Of a stretch of DNA of 64,000 bases, positions 28,001 to 35,557 are shown piece by piece. A program made the position numbers and the translations under genes. The notes under the pieces were generated by a model. The model saw only the letters and a list, made by a program, of their open reading frames with translations. It did no database searches and was not told where the DNA came from. The DNA lies in assembly GCA_020060385.1 (NCBI GenBank), contig JAGVAH010000157.1:4586-68585 (forward strand), in the 5' to 3' direction. Position 1 is the first letter of the stretch, and each line of letters starts with the position of its first letter. This stretch comes from Syntrophobacterales bacterium (GTDB taxonomy: Bacteria; Desulfobacterota; Desulfobaccia; Desulfobaccales; 0-14-0-80-60-11).

Positions 28001-28936
28001 CGGGGCGGCGCCTGGTTCCGGGACCGGGGATACGGGGCCAGCGGCGGCAGCAAGATCTTTTCCGTGGCCGGGATTGTCAACCACACCGGCCTGGTGGAGG
28101 TGCGGTTCGGCCGCACCTTCAGGGACGTGCTGCAGATCGCCGGGGGCGTCCAGGAGGGGAAAAGGCTCGCTGGCGTCCAGATCGGCGGTCCCTCGGGGGC
28201 CATCCTCTCTTTGACCGGAGTCCGGGCCTACCTCCTGGATGCCCCCCTGGATTTCGATGTCTTCAACCGGGTGGGGGCCATGCTAGGTTCCGGCGGCCTG
28301 GTTTTCCTGGGGGAGGACGATGACGTGGTGCGGTTGGCCCGTCATTTTACCTCTTGGCTGGCCGCGGAATCCTGCGGCCAATGCCCCAGTTGCCTGAACG
28401 GCCTCGTCTCCCTGGGGGCCACCCTGGACCGCATCCTCAAAGGGGAGGGCGCCAGCCTGGATATCCACACCCTGTGGGGCAAAGCCGATATCATCCGGGC
28501 CGGCTCCCGGTGCGGATTGGGGCAGACAGCCCCCAACCCCGTGACCAGTTCCCTCAGATTCTTCCCGGTTTCCTATCTCCATTACCTTTTGGATAACCCC
28601 CGGATCGATGCCCCGGAGCTTTTCCTCAGCCTGGAGGCCTTACATCTCCTTACCCGGGGGGAGACCGCGCTCTCCACCGCCGCGCCTGGGCGCGTCTCCT
28701 TCTACCTGAAAAAGGGTTTGATCCGGTTCATCTTTGAGGAATTGACCAAACTGGACCGCTTTCGGCCGGGGACGGACAACCGCCCGGGCCGTTTCTTGAA
28801 ATTGCTCAACCTTACCCCGAACCAGGTGGGTTGGCGGGGCGTGCAGATGGAATATTCCCGGGAAACCATGGCCCAACATCCTTACCTCATGGTGGGGGCC
28901 TCAGGGGCAGGGGCAAAGGCGGAGTCCCGGGCTTAA
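25001..28936 (+). CDS. Giant (1,311 aa) NuoE-NuoF fusion flavoprotein (NAD(P)H/FMN/[2Fe-2S]/[4Fe-4S] module) with a ~480-aa unknown N-terminal region
   Basis: AAGGAG 8 nt upstream of the ATG. NuoE-type motif: C501-x4-C506..C541-x3-C545 (VCKGTACFLRG..CFGTCHLAP). NuoF-type motifs: NPESIDSYLEKGGYQALKKVL, LRGRGGAGFPTGVKW, NGDEGDPGAFMDR, GAGAFVAGEKRA, SLBB-like VEVRFGRTFRDVLQIAGG, and N3 cluster ESC1125GQCPSC-x39-C1171GLGQTAPNP. Confidence 0.85.
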   Translation: MGAQILEMRLSPGCQEEAAGEYDLRPDLTPEAAAKELPPAARRVLAPVAAAFAALHRGLVEDLPLTGIRKVRLFQNLGAAARLARSQEPGAATAEVALAALGAGPQWVSLLADLLRAAALYPGVRDTRLPRRFAPLARMVAPLRHLLEKIRERVQRQPRFASQIMGPLEADDSQRLVDPWGQTRLLLQRFLCRQDWRERDVLHLMLDFLQGSPNLYGERLLNLWFSLKRLQDEEPAAYTRMVAALINEGRAYLGELPRWRHLCGMGETGGTGAWEGADTFRVIQGMAGLLGVPPEDLPALSAATGAAGIDWDTLKAAALQTGGGFSPLKPLERASLFLAAELFPENLGHRAFLRFLLENEEPYRQLLATCYSSLETQEAQLARILTAFNGHPANIEKRVHYRQSEAAQLLRVFFLRPDPVEAIIDRERKKDIYYRLPGLPGQALLPQVLHECQSIFQYLTQEALKRVAAGLGVDPAEIGRVIASYKEFTVDPTGQHLLYVCKGTACFLRGQPHLSQALATRLGVEEGRVSPEGVQFFERDCFGTCHLAPVIKVGHTFVAALRPEVIPPLIGKLLKGRSFANRSDFFKAVRDSLAEEDQVVLSHSCPVQGACGLEVTPEQLEGLAINGLGEIRAWPEKKVLGTLAERSYSFSFMDPSGSRQYGTLITDADDFLLGVVNVPDPRVQKGLARTLRPRVVLKDHYVHLEGRPQPLGAYHSNSIALGKPDGTYGSLVFGEENLQSPPEETCGLTPGFQRPVPPEFFRRQDRLLLGFVEGVNPESIDSYLEKGGYQALKKVLGYGQPEKSWPPATIVQEIMAANLRGRGGAGFPTGVKWEAMLQARPESRAGDEVDLPLKLMVANGDEGDPGAFMDRTLIQERPHQVLEGMLIAALATGCRYGVIYVRKEYEDAVQRLENAVFEARRYGFLGRQVMEVADFDFDVEIRLGAGAFVAGEKRAIMRAIAGKPAEPDLQAVSNVKGGLWGKPTLLNNVETFANVPLIISRGGAWFRDRGYGASGGSKIFSVAGIVNHTGLVEVRFGRTFRDVLQIAGGVQEGKRLAGVQIGGPSGAILSLTGVRAYLLDAPLDFDVFNRVGAMLGSGGLVFLGEDDDVVRLARHFTSWLAAESCGQCPSCLNGLVSLGATLDRILKGEGASLDIHTLWGKADIIRAGSRCGLGQTAPNPVTSSLRFFPVSYLHYLLDNPRIDAPELFLSLEALHLLTRGETALSTAAPGRVSFYLKKGLIRFIFEELTKLDRFRPGTDNRPGRFLKLLNLTPNQVGWRGVQMEYSRETMAQHPYLMVGASGAGAKAESRA

Positions 28937-29230
28937 GACCCTGGTATTCCCAATTGGTCCCTTGGCCCCGAAATTGCCGGCTGGTTGAAACTCCGGGAAT
29001 GAGGCGGCCCGCATCTTGGGCGGTAAGTCCGGGGAGGGCCAGGGGCCGCCAGGAGGCTTGCCAATTTCAGGAGTTGGCCCGACGCCAGAACGCCCTGCCA
29101 AACTGGGTGGAACTCTCCCCAGCTGCCGCCCCTCCCGGCTTTTCTGCGACCGGATGTGCAAAATGCGGGCGACGCCGCCCGCAGACCAGGGGGCCTCCTC
29201 TGGAGACTGGCGCTGCCATAATTATAGCAT

Positions 29231-29317
29231 TTGCCAAAAGTTCTTTCCTCTTATCCCCTCTCCCCCCAGCGGGGGGAGAGGGTTAGGGTTAGGGGGGGCG
29301 GAAAAAACTTTTGGCAA
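29231..29317. repeat. Nested palindromic REP-like element
   Basis: Outer inverted repeat TTGCCAAAAGTT (29231-29242) / AACTTTTGGCAA (29306-29317) encloses the hairpin cccctctcccccc-agc-ggggggagaggg (29255-29282) followed by ttagggttaggggggg. Confidence 0.7.
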
Positions 29318-29479
29318 CCAGTATATGAGGTACAGAGGTGTCTTAATTTCAGGACTGTCTCTCCGGCAAATCCTTTCCAGAAAAGACTGGCCCTGCCTGG
29401 CAGACATCGAAATTTACCGCGGCTCCCAAAACTTCCCATCTCCCAACCATATCAACGCCTCTTTGGTTCCCCTTGCTCC

Positions 29480-30382
29480 TCAAATAAGCAGCTTTTCCAG
29501 CTCTTCAAGATTGAATGAGGTCTCGTGGGCCTGTGACATCCAGCGGGCACAGCGATTGGTATTCAAGGGGATGCCCACGGGGGCAATGCCGGTGCGGATG
29601 CACAGCCTCATGCCCCTGGCCAGCTCCGGGATGCAGGCGATGCCCAGGGCGCCGATGCTGGGATGTTCTCGTTTTAGCTTTTTAAAGAGCCCCTCTTGCT
29701 CGATTTCTATAGAAATATAGGGGTCGATGCCGTATTTCTGCAGCAGCACACTCCCCAGGCGAATGAAGCAGTCCTCGGTGCACCCCTGGCACACCGCCTC
29801 GATATCCCCCTTTTCGGAGCGGCACTCCGGCCTATAGTCACGCAGGCAATGGGCGATGAGCGCGAATTTGTAGGCCGCGCGTTGGAACTCTTCTTTATAT
29901 ATTCGGTTCACTAATTCGATCTCCAGCATGTACAGGTGGTACTGCTCCTCGGTGGTGGTCAGGGTGCTATCCGCCCTTTTGGCCAGGGGCAAGCTCTGTA
30001 AGTGTTCCCCAACCTTCCGGGTATAGGTGGACAATGATTCTCTCAACGTCCTCTGAATAAATCGGAGCGTCTGCCGTTCGGCCTTCGTGGTTTTCAAGCC
30101 CCGCAGCCAGTTCTTTTTTTCTGCCTCTTGTATCAGGTCCAAAAGTCTTTTCTCGCCGGGGCAGCGCTGGAGAAATATATCTGCCAGGCGCTTGATGGTG
30201 GCGTAATAACGTTCAGGATCATCGCCCTCAGCAAACAGGGAGTAAGTCTTTCCTGGGACGCTCGTATATGGCCTCTCCTGATTTGGCAATGCCGTGGAAG
30301 CTCCCCACAAGTTTAGATATTCCAATGATATCATATCATTTAGCCGCGGCGACGATAATTGCCGGCTCCGGACGGATAGCAA
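29480..30382 (-). CDS. DUF116-like cysteine-rich protein
   Basis: 300 aa. The C-terminal half, ALIAHCLRDYRPECRSEKGDIEAVCQGCTEDCFIRLG..GALGIACIPELARGMRLCIRTGIAPVGIPLNTNRCARW, matches my memory of the DUF116 (PF01976) Cys pattern. The N-terminal half is unassigned. Confidence 0.5.
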   Translation of the reverse strand: MLSVRSRQLSSPRLNDMISLEYLNLWGASTALPNQERPYTSVPGKTYSLFAEGDDPERYYATIKRLADIFLQRCPGEKRLLDLIQEAEKKNWLRGLKTTKAERQTLRFIQRTLRESLSTYTRKVGEHLQSLPLAKRADSTLTTTEEQYHLYMLEIELVNRIYKEEFQRAAYKFALIAHCLRDYRPECRSEKGDIEAVCQGCTEDCFIRLGSVLLQKYGIDPYISIEIEQEGLFKKLKREHPSIGALGIACIPELARGMRLCIRTGIAPVGIPLNTNRCARWMSQAHETSFNLEELEKLLI

Positions 30383-30600
30383 CCCAAGACCTCTTAAGCC
30401 TCAGGCTTTTCTTTCCCAGGCCCGATGGGTCATAATTCCACCACTGCCCGGGGATTATTGGGGGTTGACGCCTCAGCCCCCGCCAAACATCTCCTGGTTC
30501 TTTCTTTATGTAAAAAATATCAGGCCACATTGTTTCAATTTTTAAAGACCTTATGTTAATCTGAGGCAGTTTGGATAACCCCTTGAAAAATTGGAGAAGA

Positions 30601-31851
30601 ATGATGTCTACTGCCTCAGGGAAGGAATTCCTGCGCCCCGTGCGGCCTCTCCTCCTGGCTTGCCTGGCCCTTTTGCTGCTCCTCGCCCAAGGGTGCATGG
30701 CCCTAAAGGTGCGCCAGGCGTTGCCGGAGAACCTGCTGGACCAGGCCCAGGTGGCCGATTTGCCCGGCATTCGGGCCTGGGGCGACGTTGCCAGCAAGAG
30801 CCTGCAGCAGAGCGCCATCGAGTCCATCCGCCAGGAGATGGCCGCCAATCACGGCAAGCTCGAACCTGAAGCCAATTTCCTGGCCCTGTCCGGCGGCGGC
30901 GGCGACGGAGCCTTCGGCGCCGGCATCCTCTGCGGCTGGACCGAGGCCGGCAACCGGCCCCGTTTCAAGCTGGTGACCGGCATCAGCACCGGGGCCCTCA
31001 TTGCGCCCTTCGCCTTCCTGGGGCCGAAATATGACGCCAGGCTGAAAGAGGCCTACACCACCATTTCCGACAAGGATATCTATACGGTTCCCAGCGTGGT
31101 GAAGCTGGTAATTAATCTGGGCAGGATTGAAGCGGCGGCCAGCACCAAGCCGTTGGCCGAACTGCTAGAGCGGCTCATCGATGACCAAATGATTCAAGAA
31201 ATCGCGGTCGAACACCGCAAGGGCAGGCGCCTGCTGGTGGGCACCACCCAGCTCGATGCCCAGCGCCAGGTGATCTGGAACATGGGCGCCATCGCCGCCA
31301 GCGGCCACCCTGATGCCCCCAAGCTCTTCCGCCAGATTCTCCGGGCCTCGGCCTCCATCCCGGTGGCCTTCAACCCGGTTTATATCAAAGTGCGGGCCGG
31401 CGGCCGGGAATACGACGAAATGCACGTGGATGGGGGAGTGCGGGCGGAGGTGATGCTCTATGAGACTGCCCTCGATCTCTTTACCGCCAGGAAGAAGGTT
31501 TTGCAGGCGGAGCATGTTCACGACCGCCCCCGCAAGCTGTACATCATCCGCAATGCCCAAGTTTCCCCCGAATTTAAAACTATTAAACCCCATATAGCGG
31601 ACATCGGCACCCGGGCCATCGGCAGCCTCACCAAATACCAGGGGGTGGGGGATTTGTACCGTATCTACGTACTGGCCCAGCGGGACGGGATTGACTATAA
31701 CCTGGCCTACATCCCCGTGGATTTTCACCCCCAGCGGACCTCGGAATTTGACACCAAGTACATGAACGAGGAGTTTAACCTGGCCTTCAACCTGGCGCGC
31801 TCCGGCTATAAGTGGAGCAAGTACCCGCCGGGCTTCAGTCCTTCTCCCTAG
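30601..31851 (+). CDS. Secreted/lipid-anchored patatin-like phospholipase
   Basis: Start at ATG 30601 (GGAGAAGA upstream). Signal peptide ending LLLLAQGC. Oxyanion motif LSGGGGDGAFGAG, nucleophile elbow GISTG (GxSxG), catalytic Asp in HVDGGV. Confidence 0.85.
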   Translation: MMSTASGKEFLRPVRPLLLACLALLLLLAQGCMALKVRQALPENLLDQAQVADLPGIRAWGDVASKSLQQSAIESIRQEMAANHGKLEPEANFLALSGGGGDGAFGAGILCGWTEAGNRPRFKLVTGISTGALIAPFAFLGPKYDARLKEAYTTISDKDIYTVPSVVKLVINLGRIEAAASTKPLAELLERLIDDQMIQEIAVEHRKGRRLLVGTTQLDAQRQVIWNMGAIAASGHPDAPKLFRQILRASASIPVAFNPVYIKVRAGGREYDEMHVDGGVRAEVMLYETALDLFTARKKVLQAEHVHDRPRKLYIIRNAQVSPEFKTIKPHIADIGTRAIGSLTKYQGVGDLYRIYVLAQRDGIDYNLAYIPVDFHPQRTSEFDTKYMNEEFNLAFNLARSGYKWSKYPPGFSPSP

Positions 31852-31883
31852 TAGCCCTGACCGCGTCGACCGGGAGATAAAAC

Positions 31884-33227
31884 ATGGGCAACCCGTCTGC
31901 TCTCGCTTCCTTCGAACAGTTGGTGTCCCACGTCCGGGAATATTTTTTTCATCAGTTTCTCTCCTGGGCCACCCCGTCCCAGATTGTGGTCATTGGCTGC
32001 GCCCTGCTGCTGGCCCGCCAATTAAGCGGGGCCATGCGCGCCTGGCTGACCCGCCAGCAGGTGCAACACGCCGCGCATCCGGAAGCCTTGGCCGACCTGG
32101 CCATACTCCAGAATTTCGTCAAGGTTATTGACGCCTTCAGCGCCTTTATCCTGGTGGGGATGGCCTATGGTATCGCGGGCCATTTCCACTGGCCCCGGAA
32201 TGAACTCTTCGCCGCGGGCAATATTTTGGTTGCCCTGACTCTGGTGCGATTGTTCACCGATGAGATGAAAAACCGCTTTTGGGCCAAAGTCCTGGCCATC
32301 GCTATTTGGGCTTATGCCCTACTCCTGGCCTCTTTCGGGCTGTTGCAGCTCACCGAGTTCTGGTTCCGTTTGTTGCAGAACATTAATTTTCAGATCGGGC
32401 AGGTGCGCATTTCCCTCTTATATATGCAGCGGGCCTTTTTCCTGTTGTTGGCTCTCTATTGGATGTCGAAAAATCTGCGGGTACTCTCACATTTCTGGCT
32501 GCTAGCCAAATCGGGGTTGTCTTCTGCGACCCAAATCCTGTTGTACCGGCTCGGCGGCATTTTTCTCTTTTGCGCCTGTGTGGTCATCGTCTTACATTAC
32601 CTGGGGCTCGATCTCACCATCTTCGCCCTGTTCAGCGGCGCCCTGGGGTTGGGTCTCGGTTTCGGCCTGCAAAAAATCTTTGCCAACCTGGTGAGCGGCT
32701 TCATCCTCCTGGCGGACAAGTCCGTCAAGCCCGGCGATGTGATCCAGTTAAAGGACACTTACGGCTGGATTAATTTCTTGGGAAGCCGCTATTGCTCCGT
32801 GGTCACCCGGGACGGCATCGAGCATCTCATCCCCAACGAAAACCTGATCACCGGCGAGGTGATCAACTGGTCATACAGTCAAAACCTGGTCCGTATAAGG
32901 GTGCCCGTGGGCGTCGCCTACGGCGCCGACTTGGAGAAAGCCAGGGAATTGGTATTGGCGGCCGCCGGGGATACGCCCCGGGTCCTCAAAGACCCCAAGC
33001 CTGCCTGCCTCTTAACCGGCTTTGGAGATAGCGCCGTCAACCTGGAGGCCCGGGTGTGGCTCAACGACCCCCAAAACGGCATCGGCTCGGTCAAGAGCGA
33101 CCTCTTCTGGGGCATCTGGCGCCGGTTTAAGGAACAGGGTATAGAAATACCCTTCCCCCAGCGGGACCTGCATCTCAAATCCCTCCACCCAGGAGGGGTG
33201 TGGACGGGGCCAGAGAAAGGACCTTAA
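31884..33227 (+). CDS. Mechanosensitive ion channel, MscS family
   Basis: 447 aa, multi-TM N-terminus. Conserved pore/beta-domain block FANLVSGFILLADKSVKPGDVIQL..GWINFLGSRYCSVVTRDGIEHLIPNENLITGEVINWS. Confidence 0.85.
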   Translation: MGNPSALASFEQLVSHVREYFFHQFLSWATPSQIVVIGCALLLARQLSGAMRAWLTRQQVQHAAHPEALADLAILQNFVKVIDAFSAFILVGMAYGIAGHFHWPRNELFAAGNILVALTLVRLFTDEMKNRFWAKVLAIAIWAYALLLASFGLLQLTEFWFRLLQNINFQIGQVRISLLYMQRAFFLLLALYWMSKNLRVLSHFWLLAKSGLSSATQILLYRLGGIFLFCACVVIVLHYLGLDLTIFALFSGALGLGLGFGLQKIFANLVSGFILLADKSVKPGDVIQLKDTYGWINFLGSRYCSVVTRDGIEHLIPNENLITGEVINWSYSQNLVRIRVPVGVAYGADLEKARELVLAAAGDTPRVLKDPKPACLLTGFGDSAVNLEARVWLNDPQNGIGSVKSDLFWGIWRRFKEQGIEIPFPQRDLHLKSLHPGGVWTGPEKGP

Positions 33228-33389
33228 GGAGTTATCAGACTGCAATTCTACTACTCCTTGGAATATTGGAATCACGGACCTCAAGCTGGATGTCTGATGG
33301 GAGGATCAGGAGTTTAAGGCTGCAGCAAGAGAATTTCGGACCCGGCGAGGGCCGCCCGGGTAATTATTCAGGTGAAAGGGAGTAAGGGC

Positions 33390-33914
33390 ATGTTCAAAGA
33401 AGAACGCAGCGAAACCCATTTTGAGTGGAGTATGCTGGGGGATATCGAAGAAGGTCGTCCGAATCTCGGCCCCATGGTGCACGTGGCCGTGTATCGTCTG
33501 ATGCAATTCACCCTGCGTGACGTCCTCATCCGGGATTTCGGGGTCGAAAATGCTGACCGCATCTTTTTTGAGGCCGGCAAGAAAGCAGGGGAAGAGTACT
33601 GCAACAATCTGCTTACCGAAAAGGATGATTTGACCAGCTTTTTTGCCGATATCCAGCGCACCATGAAGGAGCTGGGCATCGGCATCTTCCGGGTCGAATC
33701 CGCGGATTACGAAAAGGGCTCTTTCGTGGTGACGGTGGCGGAAGATCTTGATTGTTCGGGCATCCCCGTTTGCGCGGAGGAAGTGTGCATCTATGATGAA
33801 GGGTTTATTGCCGGCCTGCTGCTCGCCTACACCGGCAAAGACTTTGCGGTCAAAGAGGTGGATTGCTGGGGCTCCGGGGGGCGGGTCTGCCGCTTCACCG
33901 TAGTCCCACAATAA
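33390..33914 (+). CDS. V4R-domain protein (small-molecule-binding sensor)
   Basis: Start at ATG 33390 (GGGAG 7 nt upstream). C-terminal V4R signature EEVCIYDEGFIAGLLLAYTGKDFAVKEVDCWGSGGRVCRFTVVP. 9-nt gap to the cyclase gene. Confidence 0.7.
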   Translation: MFKEERSETHFEWSMLGDIEEGRPNLGPMVHVAVYRLMQFTLRDVLIRDFGVENADRIFFEAGKKAGEEYCNNLLTEKDDLTSFFADIQRTMKELGIGIFRVESADYEKGSFVVTVAEDLDCSGIPVCAEEVCIYDEGFIAGLLLAYTGKDFAVKEVDCWGSGGRVCRFTVVPQ

Positions 33915-33923
33915 GGTTGAGAG

Positions 33924-35366
33924 ATGATCTCGGTTGAAGAAGAACTAATTGACCGCATCACCGCCGCGTTTCATTACCTCCGCACCGGTAAAGTGCCCGC
34001 GCCCCTGGCCATTCCGGAGGAGCTCCCGGACAACGAGGTCCGCCAGCTCATTACCTATGTGAACCGCTTCCTCATCGAATTCGCCAACTTCGCCAAGACC
34101 ATGGAGCAGATTGCCCAGGGTGAGCTGAATACCGGCACTTTACTAGGCCGCATGGCCGTAGTCCATTCCTTTAAGGCCCTCCAATCCAACCTGCGGCACC
34201 TCACCTGGAAGACCCAGCAAGTCGCGGCCGGGGACCTGGAGCAGCAAGTCGATTTCATGGGAGATTTTTCCACTGCCTTCAACAGCATGACCCGGCAACT
34301 CAAGGAGTCCCGGGAGCAACTCGTTGATCTCAATAAGCAGCTGGAGCGCCGTAATAGGTTTATCAGGGAAACCTTCGGCCGTTACACCAGCGAGGACATC
34401 GTGGGGGTGCTTCTGGATATGCCGGAAGGCCTCAAACTGGGTGGGGAGAAAAGGGAGGTGACCCTGCTGTGGTCGGACTTGCGCGGTTTTACCGCCCTCT
34501 CCGAACGCCTTGAGCCCACCACCGTGGTGGCTTTGTTGAACCATTACCTTTCGGTGATGATCGAGATCATTCAACGGCACGGGGGCACCATCGACGATAT
34601 CATCGGCGATGCCATCCTGGTGCTCTTTGGCGCGCCCTTGCCCCTGGCAGATGCGGCCCCCCGGGCCGTGGGCTGCGCCTTGGAAATGCAAAAGACCATG
34701 GGGGAAGTAAATGCCCATAACTTCCGGAATGGCTGGCCCGAAATCGAAATGGGGATCGCCTTGCACACCGGAGAGGTGGTGTTGGGCAACATCGGCTCCA
34801 CCAAGCGATCCAAATACAGTGTCATCGGGCAAACGGTCAACTTGACCTCCCGTATAGAAAGCTACACGGTGGGAGGCCAGGTCCTGGTCTCCCCCACCTT
34901 GATCAGCGCGGCCAACCCCGGTCTTATCCTGGGGGACGAAGTCAAGGTGCACGCCAAGGGCATGCGCAGGGCCATCAAATGTCAGGAGTTGCTGGGGCAC
35001 CATGACTTCCCCGAGTTAATCCTGGAGAAGGAGGAAACGGTCTTAACCGCCCTGGCCCACCCTTTGCCTTGTCACTACTTGGTGCTCGCCGGCAAACAGC
35101 TCCAGGGGCCAATGCTGCCCGCGGCTTTGGTCAGCCTCTCCCCGCGGCGGGGAATAGTGGAGGCAGGTGGCCGGTTGCCGCCCCGTAGCAATATAATGCT
35201 GCGCTTGGCGGGGGAAGGCGGCGGGAAAGAGGCAGCCGATTTTTACGCCACGGTGATCCAGCCCCTTGAGGAGTCAAGCTGGCGTTATCTGATCCATTTC
35301 ACCTCCATCCCCCCGGCGGTGCGGGAGCGTTTGCAGCTCCTGGCGGAAAGCGCCAAGGGTCCTTGA
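33924..35366 (+). CDS. Class III adenylate/guanylate cyclase with HAMP-like linker and unknown C-terminal domain
   Basis: 480 aa. Cyclase core: VTLLWSDLRGFTALSERL, GGTIDDIIGDAILVLFGAP, IALHTGEVVLGNIGSTKRSKYSVIGQTVNLTSRIES. Preceded by AAGDLEQQVDFMGDFSTAFNSMTRQLKESREQL. Confidence 0.85.
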   Translation: MISVEEELIDRITAAFHYLRTGKVPAPLAIPEELPDNEVRQLITYVNRFLIEFANFAKTMEQIAQGELNTGTLLGRMAVVHSFKALQSNLRHLTWKTQQVAAGDLEQQVDFMGDFSTAFNSMTRQLKESREQLVDLNKQLERRNRFIRETFGRYTSEDIVGVLLDMPEGLKLGGEKREVTLLWSDLRGFTALSERLEPTTVVALLNHYLSVMIEIIQRHGGTIDDIIGDAILVLFGAPLPLADAAPRAVGCALEMQKTMGEVNAHNFRNGWPEIEMGIALHTGEVVLGNIGSTKRSKYSVIGQTVNLTSRIESYTVGGQVLVSPTLISAANPGLILGDEVKVHAKGMRRAIKCQELLGHHDFPELILEKEETVLTALAHPLPCHYLVLAGKQLQGPMLPAALVSLSPRRGIVEAGGRLPPRSNIMLRLAGEGGGKEAADFYATVIQPLEESSWRYLIHFTSIPPAVRERLQLLAESAKGP

Positions 35367-35557
35367 ACCATGGAAGGTCAAGAGGCCCAGAAACAGAGAG
35401 ACAGGGAAAAGGAAATAAAACCCCGTGCCTGCTCAAAAGGCCAGGACACGATATCTGTTATATGTCCATTATTTCATCAGCAAAATTAGGTTAGTATTCC
35501 ATCTGCTTGGATTGAATTTTTTTTAAAAGATACTCCCTCCCCTTTCTGTCCCCCCCA

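Noticed and set aside
30601-35366. Patatin-like lipase plus nucleotide cyclase as a CBASS/Pycsar-type anti-phage signalling system
   Set aside because: The patatin protein has an export signal and no cyclic-nucleotide sensor (SAVED/CNB) domain. The cyclase is an ordinary class III enzyme with sensory add-ons, not a CD-NTase. The two genes are separated by an MscS channel and a V4R gene.
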